DNA of 32,451 nucleotides from Perkinsus chesapeaki ATCC PRA-425 (Eukaryota > Protista > Perkinsozoa), in contig JAAPAO010000402.1 in NCBI GenBank assembly GCA_013115145.1, positions 1 through 32,451 on the forward strand, given 5' to 3'. The position numbers and the translations under genes were made by a program. Shown here in pieces: positions 11,453 through 22,199 of this stretch; positions within the stretch are counted from its first letter, which is position 1; every line of letters starts with the position of its first letter. Under the pieces are notes generated by a model. The model was not told the origin of the DNA. It did not search any database and worked only from the letters and a program-made list of their open reading frames with translations.

Positions 11453-11731
11453 CAGGGCTGTTGCTGCTGCTGCTTCTATTCTGTCCCACATGGACTTTTG
11501 CTACCATTTATTGTTATGATCTTATAATCCTACTTTTCCTCTTGAGCGTGTTATAACATCTCTTATGCGTATCTCTGTTTCTACTAGAGAATCCTTCAAA
11601 TCTGAGGCGAGTAATATGTTGAATAAGGACCATGCGGACCGAAAGACTGTGGTCCATAGGCGAACGGCAGTATTATCATTATTATGCTATTCGGCAGCTA
11701 CACTCTGCTGATGGCATTATCATCATCATCA

Positions 11732-12700
11732 TCAACCAGCACCATTTGCAGTAAACAGTGCATTAGAAGAAACTACTTGCATCATTGAATAAGTCGACTT
11801 CCTGGTTACTGCTTTGTCTGACGACGATCTTATATCCTCCCTTGTTCTACAGTTCTCATGTAAAATACCGTTCAGTGTTGCTAGTAAAAGTTCGCTAAAT
11901 TGATGGCTCTCAAACAGCAAGTCATCTCGCATAACGCCGATGTGCTCCTCGAGAATCTATATATCGGTTATTCTACTAGAAAATATTTTCCTCTACCGGA
12001 AGCAAACGCCAAATACATCCCCGCTGGGAGCATCTGACGTTTCTATATGACTGTCAGATCTCCAGATTTACTGTACACCTGTACTGCAGATCTTAGCCAA
12101 ACTTCTCGCGCTATTTGCGCCCCCTTGGCAGTATATCTGTCTCAGCTGCTTTCCCGCGTGGCCTCTAGTCGAGGCCCTTTGTGTGACTATGGCTCCTTCC
12201 CTCACCTTGATAAGCTGAGCAAACCAACACGCCTTTGTAATTTGCTTTATAACGAGGTTTCTGCGAGACATGAGTGAAACGATTGTATGTAAATCCTCGA
12301 AGTTCTACGTGAGATCTTCTTGAGCAAGTTATGAATATACCGTTAATTGATACCTCCTCATCGCCTTGAAGCATTATTTTCATCTCGGAAGAATGTAAAA
12401 CGACTTCAAAAGTGTACGTAGCCGAATTTCACTTTAAAACAGAAGTTCATTTTATGTTACATTCAAAGTTTGACCAGTACTCGAGACCCGAGGCATCTGC
12501 AACATGCAGAAAACATTTCACATTCTGAAGGATGTCCACCCGGTGGTGATGGAGCAGGCTACTACGCTGTCCGGTGCCGCTACCACAAGCGTCATTTGTC
12601 CTCGGGACTCCCGAGGGCGACAACTCGTTATTGACAACGAGAGACAATACTGGATAATAATGGCATACACACTTGCATGTGCTGGTTGCTAGTATAGGAA
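11732..12700 (-). CDS. Hypothetical multi-exon protein, boundaries uncertain
   Basis: Splice-site-bounded open segments such as NFEDLHTIVSLMSRRNLVIKQITKACWFAQLIK|gtgag and ag|ILEEHIGVMRDDLLFESHQFSELLLATLN|gt. No family recognised. Confidence 0.45.
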
Positions 12701-12905
12701 TTGCAATTACATACAAATAAACGAGATATACTCAGATAATGTCGTGTAAGGGTCTCTATGTTGAGTTATCGACTTCACTACACTCGTTTTACTACTCCAT
12801 TTAACTGCTTCACGACTGAAATAGGACACAGGAGAGGTAAGATGAACTAAAGAGGTATAAATAGTCAGGAGCCTCAACAATTAAACCTTCCACACAGTGT
12901 GGTGT

Positions 12906-13314
12906 TTATCCACTTGACCGATTGCAACCCCCCGGCGTCATCTCGACCTCGCTCGATCTGTAAAGCACGTAAGGAATGCTACCGTAATCGTGAGGACATG
13001 CCAGAGATGGAAAATTGATACTAAGTTCGCAACGATTGCGTAGATAGAACAAGAACATTGAAAAGTTTAGCATCGACTGCATTGCTGTCCTATACGTACA
13101 ACCATTAAGGTGGATCACCATATCACGGAAATCGCCGGTTCAGGGAATGGACAGATGAATCACTCTTTGACGTTTTTTCGGTAGTATTAAAGTTGGCCTC
13201 AATGCTGATTCGATCTTCGAGTTTTGCCTTGTAACTGCCTCCAAGGGAACCACGAGTATTCATAGATAGAACACCACATAGTGACATTAGGGCAAGTGGC
13301 CAGCAGGCGGACAT
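12906..13314 (-). pseudogene. Frameshifted paralog of the secreted protein at 19985-20374
   Basis: Frame A GSLGGSYKAKLEDRISIEANFNTTEKT matches NGLEGKYMTKTEGEICLEANFDATEGT. Frame B FICPFPEPAI matches IICGSNEPVV. Frame C DMVI...LNFSMFLFYLRNRC...EMTPGGC matches KMML...FQDYLNKVYNVC...RMTRGSC. Two apparent 1-nt deletions near 13160 and 13128. Confidence 0.75.
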
Positions 13315-13526
13315 AATAAGGAGGAGTTGATAATCTACAGCTACTCGAAAGATATTGACCCTTACAACGATGAAGGGCTACGAATACTCGATCTGACAGA
13401 ATTCTGTCAGATCATTCAAGAGCCATTGCCGGGCATCTTTGGCATAACAACGAGTTCTTACTTCTCGTGATGGAGTCTCAAGACTCATGCGACAGGAGCA
13501 CTGAGAGTGACCCCTAGACGTGTTGA

Positions 13527-16100
13527 TCATAAATCTGCGTGGGAAGGCTGCAGTATGCTATCTGTCTGACAAATGCATTCAGAAATCCCCGTAGCTTGTC
13601 TCATAGCCTTCAAATGAAATCTGTTGCGCAAGAGTAACACTATTTGAACCGAGGTGCAGGTGTTACTAGTAGTAACTTTACCGGCGTGACACCATAGAGC
13701 TCGTATCTGACCCGCTCCTATGGGCAATAGAGGCCTACACCCTGACAACCACACCTGGGCTCAGAAGCCCAGAGAAGCGTCAATTCCTGCCGCCTCAATG
13801 TAGCTCGCTGATGGTTCGATCTCACCCAAAAGTCGGTCAAGTCGTGGTGAGCGATCCTCGGACCTAATCTGCTCTTGAGGTAAACAACTGTGCAAGGCTG
13901 CCCCGTCGCCTCTGCGACTGAGTCTCGTTTCGGCACTTCCGAGTCGCCCAATCCGTGAACAGCCATTTTCCTCACCACAGCGCTGTTTGCCTCGTTTATT
14001 CGGGATGCACGACAAGCACAGGGAGCCAAGAGACGTTTGTCGAAAAGACCGTATGTGGTAATCCGCGCAGTCCTATATACCTGTCTCTTTATATCGGGAA
14101 ATCAGCCCAGAACTTCTTGGTGTTGAATTCAACTGCAACAACACGACAACGTTTGGCTAGAATCTTTCGGAAGAATTGATACAGGGTCACGAGAACGATA
14201 AAGGGACGGTCAGATTACTAATCGAGTAAGTCGTACCGAAGGACAACGATAAGAAAAATGTTGCTGGACTCCCCAGCCTGGGGTCTACAGAACTCTCGGA
14301 GAGCGGACCTCTGACCGGCATCCAGGAGCGAGGCCTGGGAGAAGCCGCGACATGGGTCACGCTTAGCCCAAGATTTGAGTACGCAAAAGTCCGAAAGTAA
14401 CGAAGATAAAAAGGACAGTCGATGTCTGAGCCAAATGGATGCCTGGACGGATAGCAATACTATATGGCGTATAAAAAGTGTCAGTAAAAGGGTCGTATTA
14501 GGAGCCCAGTGGAATTTGGAATAGTAAGCGTCGACAGGGACCTGACACACAGAACTCCAGAAGGCGAAATGATATCGAGCCTTACACGCCCTTCATAGTT
14601 CTTGCCGAAGACGTATACATATATCGCGTTCCGGTCCTCGTGTAATGCAAGACCTTCCACAAGGTCACCCAGGTATCTAAAAGCTTGAAAGTCTATCAAA
14701 CGTCGAGATGGTGGCAAGACGCCGTTCTGAAGACGGCGGTGTGAAATCTAATACAGTATTAGTTACAATACCGATAATAACCGCTGGTCGGCGTGCCTTT
14801 TATATAGGCCCGATTAAATAATAGGATACTCACCTTTTGCCAACCAACTCAACCGGATGACTGTTGGTGTAACAATCCCATTCTTGAAGACAGCTTCACG
14901 GATGGCCTCTATGTTGATGTAGGAAATCGCCACTTTATAATACACATCCACTTTGAACTTCCGGTGGGCAAAGTACCTTGAGCAACTCCCTTATATCGAA
15001 ATATGATGCATCGGTCTACCTCTGGTAAAGAAGCATGATATCACCGTTCTTCAACTGGGCCACATCGCACATCCACATGTAAGGATCGCTCTGGTGTGGA
15101 GAAGTAACGAACTCGAACGTGTTCACTCGCTTGCCTTGATCCAAAACTTATGAGTCTCTTTAGATGCCTCATTGTAAGCGAAACCCTCTATGTCTGGGTA
15201 CATGAGTGGTCTCTGACAGAGTATCACCAAAAGACCATGATCGCCGCTACCTGGGGTTGTACCTAATCAATGTACTGGTTACTGGTACCATACGGACATT
15301 CTCTTACGCAGCTTTAATATAGTTCTCTGAAATGCACACCTTCTAGAAAGGCTCATGGCATGTACGCCAATATATAAGCCGCGACCTTTTTGCAGTCCGT
15401 CCGAGTATCTGAGCACAACAAAGCTGCCAACAGGTTGTTTATTAATGCAGCCTTCAACTACTTTATGACGTCGCCGTTACCGTGGAGGGCATAAAACTCA
15501 CCCATCAGCCCTCCATAGTAAGCGCCATTGATAATCAGCCTCTCTATGTCACCTAGATCTAAGACCAAGTCAGGGTTGAACGACGATGTAGAAACGTTAT
15601 CTTACAATCAAGATGATGATTGTAAGAGCGCCTGGAGGCATTTACCGGAAGAGGGAACCGATCTAATGTAATCGGATTACTGGATCCTCCAATTGAAAAT
15701 GGGTTCGCCATCGAATAATAATGCCTAAGAGGTTGAAGCATTGCTTACTCCACGAGCTCGACTATGGCTTCCGGGGGCCGCTTACATTGGATGTATACCT
15801 CCAGCCATTTTGTGACCATCCTCGCTGAAAATCATCGATACCTGGTTACACTCCCATCCACATTTCTCAATCTTCAGCGTTTTTACGTGCTTGAGGATTC
15901 CTAAAATGGAGAAGGTCTATCATGGAGACTAAATCAACTTCTACCTTCAGATGAGTTGAAAACTATTGGCTAAGGAGGCTCAGTATCGATGAGAGTAACA
16001 AGTCGCTGAGAGTAACTCTCTTGAACAGAGGTAAGAAGGTGGAGAAATGCCAGCATTTCACTAGTAGAAATATAGAGCCTCTTCGGGAGGGCGTCTGAGA
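13527..16100 (-). CDS. Hypothetical multi-exon protein(s), possibly beta-propeller-like; boundaries uncertain
   Basis: Exon-like segments with donors/acceptors: SFNPDLVLDLGDIERLIINGAYYGGLM|gtgag; LDQGKRVNTFEFVTSPHQSDPYMWMCDVAQLKNGDIMLLYQ|gt; FAHRKFKVDVYYKVAISYINIEAIREAVFKNGIVTPTVIRLSWLAK|gtgag; FRYLGDLVEGLALHEDRNAIYVYVFGKNYEGRVRLDII. Confidence 0.5.
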
Positions 16101-16621
16101 GTAGAGGGCCTCACACATTCGGTATAGTATGTAGCTGATCTCCGCGCGTGTTCAAATGATACACTCTTTGTTTTGTGATACAGGCTGTATCATACAGCTA
16201 TCAGTAAATCTACGGAGAAATGAAATGCGGTGAAATGCTTGAATACCGGAGCCTTCTGTCTCCTTTGCAATTGAGTAGCTGCGCAGGAAAACGAGCGACT
16301 ACTTTCAACGGCTGTTCCGTGGCGAACCTTTCGTGCATGCAGACATGTGCTTAAACTTCAAACCTTGAACACAGGACGGTATAACGCTGTCGATACTGTC
16401 AGTGTTGATGACACGAATCGGGCTCACGCAACTCCTAGATAAGGCAACTACAGATATCTGGTTGACAGAGAACGGTGCTTCAAGTCCCCGCTCGCTCTCT
16501 ATCAGCAGCTCATGGGAAGTCGACTCGGAAGTCGAAATATTCAGAAGTGTTCTGCGCGTGGAATATGAGAAGAGGCAGGACGACACTAGTCAAGTTGTAC
16601 ACAAGCCGTCGATGTATCAGA

Positions 16622-17784
16622 CTAATGTATCGACGGCTTGATACTATCATTGCCACTCGCTAGGAGCTGTGCGATGTCTTTAGGAGACCCCCTCTCGGAC
16701 AAGCCGACAAAATACGCCCAGCTAACAGGGACGTAGGGAGGGATATCAGCGCCTAAATATACATGCTTTGGCAAGCAAGAAACAAGTGAATGGACGTTTG
16801 CGAATCTCTCTGATTCCGTACTGAACTTGTTCCGGTCCGTTGACATACGAATGTACCAATCTGAGACAGGCCAATAGATATTCCAACCAGTCTGGTTGAA
16901 CCACAGTGGTTCAGCGGCTTTCATGACCGCTCTCGTCGTTGGGGCTTCGGCATGCCCCTAAAGACTTTATAACCCTGGTGGGTAGCATGATCACTTTGAC
17001 CGACCCATTAGCACTGACAATCCTTCTAGAAATCCCTCAGTCTCGCTGCGGACCAATTCGCTCCTGAACCATGTAGCATGACTCATGTTCAGCCTCGGCT
17101 AAGCCTCAGTCGATACTAATTCAAGTTCAAGATAACACGGTTCATGCTCGGAAAGAAGTAGCACGACTGATGAGGTCGCGCTACCTATGCCCCCCGCTTC
17201 GCCCGACAACCTGATGAGGCCGAAAACCGGCCTTCTTGAAGCAGGCTCGGCGAAGCTCGTCATCGATAACTCCATCATGAATATTTATAGAAAGAGATTA
17301 TTAACCATGGTAAAGGAGCGAACGATAATACTAGACTTAGGATAAGATATGACACAGAACTTCTGTGACAGAAGTCGTGTAAAGCAGCCTTCCTTCGGGT
17401 TCCACAACTGATCATGCATGACGCTGCGCAGACGTTTATAGTGTCATGGCGATGTACTTTCGTAAGCACTGATGTCCACAGCAAAGATCACCTAAACTGT
17501 CACAGCAAGTCTCGCAAACATGATCGGGTTTGCCAGAACAACGATAATCTTGGTAATTTAGAGATCGGAGGCAACCAACATGATACTAATAAATAAGTGT
17601 CCCGCCGCTGCTTCTCGTCACCCTTTAATATCTGGCACACCGTGTCCCATGTAACTGCGGGGCTATCAGCATTTGTTGTGTCTATTCGAGATACCGGGAT
17701 AAGGGGCTTCGCTTCGATTGAAGGTGACACTTCCCGCATAGTAATTTTCGTAAAAGTGATGTCTGCCTCATATCGGTAGTGCAC
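16622..17784 (-). CDS. Hypothetical multi-exon protein, boundaries uncertain
   Basis: Open segments MREVSPSIEAKPLIPVSRIDTTNADSPAVTWDTVCQILKGDEKQRR, DQLWNPKEGCFTRLLSQKF, DGVIDDELRRACFKKAGFRPHQVVGRSGG and a Trp-rich segment KAAEPLWFNQTGWNIYWPVSDWYIRM. No family recognised. Confidence 0.4.
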
Positions 17785-18108
17785 ACACCACCGTGATTTA
17801 GTGAATGGAAATGTCGCCCGTCGCCCGCGCTGTTATGGAGCTACCATAAATCGCTGTTCACACGGTCTCTCCATTTATCTGAGAGCTCAAGTTCATCAAA
17901 CCGGACTATCCGTCAACGAACGTTACAGTAAAGGGGACCGATGAGCTTATTGGCAAGAAGTAGTGCCCGAGTGAGGCACTGAAATGACTGCTTGCCTCCA
18001 AGTGTCTCTAAAGGCTCCAGGAGCCCTGAAATTCCCAATGAAATAGCGCATGCGTCTCAGAGGGTACAGTAACTAATTGAACAGCACATTGCTTTTTACC
18101 GTCAACAA

Positions 18109-18828
18109 ATGAAACTCTCATCCATCTTTCTGGTTATATCTGCCAGTATTAGCACTAGCGTAGCGCTCGTACCAGGCAGGTATCTCTATGAAGACGAAGA
18201 CGGAAAGTATCGCCTGGCCTTCGACTTCTACGAAGATGAGAGAATTACAGTTATCTTCGATACCCCTACCAACCATTTTCTTGATGGTCGTTTTTCACTC
18301 ACACATCAAAGTGTGGGAACTTACGCCATTGACTTCAACGGTGCATTCGAAGGAGCGACGTCGCTGTATAATGGAATACAGTCTATTTATCCTGGTGTTT
18401 CTTTTCATGATGGCGACTTGACCACAGTGACTTTCACATCGTATGGTTCTCCTCTTTATGTCACGTTTGAAGGGCAAAGTTTGGAGTTGCTTCCGTACGG
18501 TTTCCCCATGGTAGAGGGTACATTTGTTAATAGTGATGATCCTTATCTCCGCATTAACTACACCTTTCAAGCCGAAGCTCGCCTTGATGTGCAGGTGGTA
18601 TGTGGAGAGAATAAAACATCGACTGTGTCATTCAATCTTACTGAATCATCTCGTAAATTCTACGATTTGAGCCCTCCTGAAAAGATTCTGGAGCTAGAAG
18701 GCGAGCTCGATCGCGCCTGTCCATGGCTCCTTATGGAGCTCAATGATCTAACTAATGTTCGCTTTGCATCGCCGTCTTTAGCCTTCATCGTCCTGGAAGG
18801 GATAATGACTCCTCTGCGACAAATTTGA
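18109..18828 (+). CDS. Intronless secreted protein (239 aa) with a signal peptide and two tandem ~105-aa related domains
   Basis: Hydrophobic N-terminus MKLSSIFLVISASISTSVA. Internal similarity: GRYLYEDEDGKYRLAFDF vs GTFVNSDDPYLRINYTF, and GDLTTVTFTS...VTFEGQSLEL vs NDLTNVRFAS...IVLEGIMTPL. Confidence 0.85.
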   Translation: MKLSSIFLVISASISTSVALVPGRYLYEDEDGKYRLAFDFYEDERITVIFDTPTNHFLDGRFSLTHQSVGTYAIDFNGAFEGATSLYNGIQSIYPGVSFHDGDLTTVTFTSYGSPLYVTFEGQSLELLPYGFPMVEGTFVNSDDPYLRINYTFQAEARLDVQVVCGENKTSTVSFNLTESSRKFYDLSPPEKILELEGELDRACPWLLMELNDLTNVRFASPSLAFIVLEGIMTPLRQI

Positions 18829-19984
18829 GTCACAACGGGTCGCACTGTCAATTTCTGTAGAACTGTTTACGCTTTGGGGTTGTACGAAAACCGTACTACT
18901 TACGTTCACGATTATTACGTTTGCATTCGGCCTACTTTTATTTCCCATTCTTTGCTCTTTCTCCTGTCTTCTTGGTGCCAGCTCTGCATTACAGTAGCTC
19001 TCGGCAGGCTGCCAGTAGGATGGACATCAGGTTCATTTAAGGCATGCCACGCCCCAAGGTAAGAATATATTGTTTAAAAGTTCTTCCTCAGAGGATAGTG
19101 TTGTCAATGCAGCAAAAATAACGTCTTTATCTGCTTATCATTCATACTGGTTAGCTGATATGAAGTCCCTTTTCCCAATTCAATGAAACCACGAGCCTGC
19201 GTGACTCAGGCTGTGTTGTCTACAATACTCACAGAACATTCGGGTCTTTTTCCGGTTTCGGGTTAGGAATTTTCATTGGTTAATGTGACATATAACATGT
19301 CCCCAATTCTACGTTCTTGGTGTTGTTTAGTCACTATACAATAGTTTACACGACCTGGTTTGGCCCCGTCGTGGCTGACATATTCAACGGAGTCTCCAGT
19401 AGGGACATACCCAAATCTCATCAATTCGGTCACGTCACAATGTAACTGTTGGTGACGTGGGAGCCGTACACTACAATTCCCTGGTATATCTCAACTTGAG
19501 ATTCTCAAGTCACATTGCCGTCTACAGAGAGCGGTCTCTGGACTTGTGAACTTCGCTTCACCTTGTAAACTAGTGGTATCAGAGACTCTTCAACTAGTCG
19601 ATGTAGACACAGTCTACTAGACAGATGTCACAACCAAGAGGGACAGACGTCACCACTGTCCGCAGTAAAGCAGAAAAGGAGAGTTAAGCTCCAGGTTGGA
19701 GCCTCCATCAGAGTTGCCCTTAGGTGTATCATGTAGCAGATGAGTATGAGATATCTTTCGCAGCCTATGATCAACAGGGAGCTATCGCGTTACACATACA
19801 GCTTGCGGGTTCACTACAAATTATCATTTGTGTCACCGTCACTAGATTTGTGTGACATGAAAAGAGCTGGAGATCGGTGACGCGCCGCCAGTTTCCTCTG
19901 TCTTCCGATCTAGTCACCGAAAGCACTTTAGTGGTCGTATTTGGAAGTAGCTTTGAGTTATTAGCTTCCTCATTCCACCTCACC

Positions 19985-20374
19985 ATGGCCCTCTATATGC
20001 TGATCACTGTATTAGCTGCCAGTGCTATTACGCACACTAGTGCTAATGGCCTTGAAGGGAAGTATATGACGAAAACTGAAGGCGAGATATGCCTAGAGGC
20101 TAATTTTGATGCTACCGAAGGCACCGTCGTAGAGACAATTATTTGCGGGTCGAACGAGCCGGTCGTATTCCCCAAGATGATGTTGTACGGTAGTAACCCG
20201 TATTATATCGTGCCTGATCAACTGAAGGATTTTCAAGACTACTTGAATAAAGTCTACAATGTATGCCAGATTCCAGGACTCGGATCAACTATGACAGTGT
20301 TTACGTACGACGAAGAGAAGGATATTGTGTGGACGAAAGGCTACGTTTTGAGGATGACCCGAGGGTCCTGCTAA
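19985..20374 (+). CDS. Intronless small secreted protein (129 aa, 4 Cys)
   Basis: ATG at 19985 in the context caccATGg opens the signal peptide MALYMLITVLAASAITHTSA. The paralog at 12906-13314 supports coding status. Confidence 0.85.
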   Translation: MALYMLITVLAASAITHTSANGLEGKYMTKTEGEICLEANFDATEGTVVETIICGSNEPVVFPKMMLYGSNPYYIVPDQLKDFQDYLNKVYNVCQIPGLGSTMTVFTYDEEKDIVWTKGYVLRMTRGSC

Positions 20375-20723
20375 TGGTAACTGTAACCTACTGGTGGCAC
20401 TCATCAGAAGGAAGACATTTGTTCAAATCCTCTTACGGTGTCTCCCAGATAGGCAGGCTGCCTAAAGCAGCATCTGTTCCCTCTGCGTTTCCGCTAGCCT
20501 GTGCTACGGTAACAAGTTAGCAAAACTTTTCTTCCGTCGGGTGTCAAACTGTTATCAGTTTCACTCACCCGATGAGCATCCCTTATATGGGGTTTAGGTC
20601 GCTCTATTATACTTAGATATTTCAGTCAATACATTAGTATAAGTTAACTATTCTTCTACTTTCATCCTCTGTGAGAGGTGGCTAGTAGAGGCTTGGATCC
20701 ATTAGACGTTCTGCCTTATGGGC

Positions 20724-20835
20724 CTAGCCTCTGGGGGTTTTTAGTGCGTTTTTCTTGCGAGTCCCACAGTATCCTTGTGAGGTGCACACTCCAAGGGTTT
20801 CCTTAACCGGATTCCCCCCCCCCCCCACAGGCTAG
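20724..20835. mobile_element. Possible ~104-bp MITE-like element with short TIRs flanked by CTAG
   Basis: CTAGCCTCTGGGGG (20724-20737) is the 13/14 inverted repeat of CCCCCACAGGCTAG (20822-20835). A C13 run lies at 20814-20826. Confidence 0.35.
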
Positions 20836-22199
20836 TAAATGCGTCAAAAAAATTCTTCCACTTCACTTATATGATACAAGTTGTATCCATGTGTGATTCG
20901 TTTGATAGGATGTATAGGCAATAGAAGCACATACAAGTAGCTAGTTGGTAATCATCATTCTAATAAATTATGAGTCATAATCAACCTTTATTGTCATTAT
21001 CACTCAAGTGTTTGGTTACAGTTAAGTGAAGTTGTAATCTACATATTGCAAGGAGTGTGGTGCTGCAAGTGGGCCATTAGCGTAAAATACGTTATATATT
21101 TGACTCCTGGTCTTGTTCTAAGGAACTTGTTTACCTGATGGCTTAGAGATATGGCTTGTTAGTAACCGGTTATACAAGTCTCATGGAGCCATAGGTCATA
21201 CAGGACCTGTATCCCTCTGTCCATGAGACCGTTGGAAGCCAGTGAGAAGTTTCAGCGGAACTTCCAAATGCTCTATAAACTCCATGATTGGCAGTGATGC
21301 TGTTACAGTATCAGGACCATCGGTCAACCTCAAGAAGCCATGAAGCTGAGTAAGCTTCACGGACCCGGTCCCTCGGACCGTGGAACGGTCTTAGGCCGTG
21401 TGGACCTAGACCGAGGCCATCCGGTACTTATCAAGACCTATGGTCTAGTAAGGATGGTTTCGATCCGTATGTATCACGTCATCAAACTCGTTGGCTATGA
21501 AAAGTTACGACAGTATTACTTTTATACACCCTGTATCTTGAGCCTCGTGACTGGTCCCGCTACCAAAGGAAAGAAATATTAATTGTTTAAGATGAACTTC
21601 ATACGAGTCAGTTCTGTGGCAGTACGAGACATCAACTTGAGGCTTCCTTCAAGGCGTAGTCTTACATTTACATTTTCGTGTACATCTCTTCTGTCAAACG
21701 AGTATATGTTTACGTATCGCTTAAAGAAAGTATCTCGTTTGTTTGTTGTCTTTCTGCTGACTACATTAACACCACATAACAATCCTCACGAAACATCACA
21801 AGTACTCCAAACTAGTATCCTGAACATCTGATGTAGCGTAATCCTCGGATGCAACTATATCAGCCAATCGCTCAATATGTCGCGCGACTGCCAACAACTG
21901 AAGACCGTCTCCCATCTTGGATGATGACGCCACACTGGATGTGGTCTTCGAGGATCCCTAACAAATGACTCCATTCTGGCAGCACGTGACGTGCTGGGCG
22001 CCGGGAGTGGGCAAGAAGAGTAGTGCTACAAAAAGACATAAAGTAGTGCGAACTAAAGTGCTTTCAAAAAAGGGAAGAAGACGTAGCTTTTCTTTTGTCC
22101 TGAAGCGCCGCGAACATTTATTTCGTTACCGTTGGGATATCTGTAAATAGTATTGACAGTATGGAATATGGTATTTGCCAACTGCCCCATTGTGGTGTC

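Noticed and set aside
13813-13822. GGTTCGATCT T-loop-like motif
   Set aside because: No acceptor-strand and terminator geometry; lies antisense to a probable exon.
16622-16924. Possible retroelement RT/RNase H fragment
   Set aside because: No YxDD, RNase H, integrase or gag motif is recognisable; treated as a hypothetical exon.
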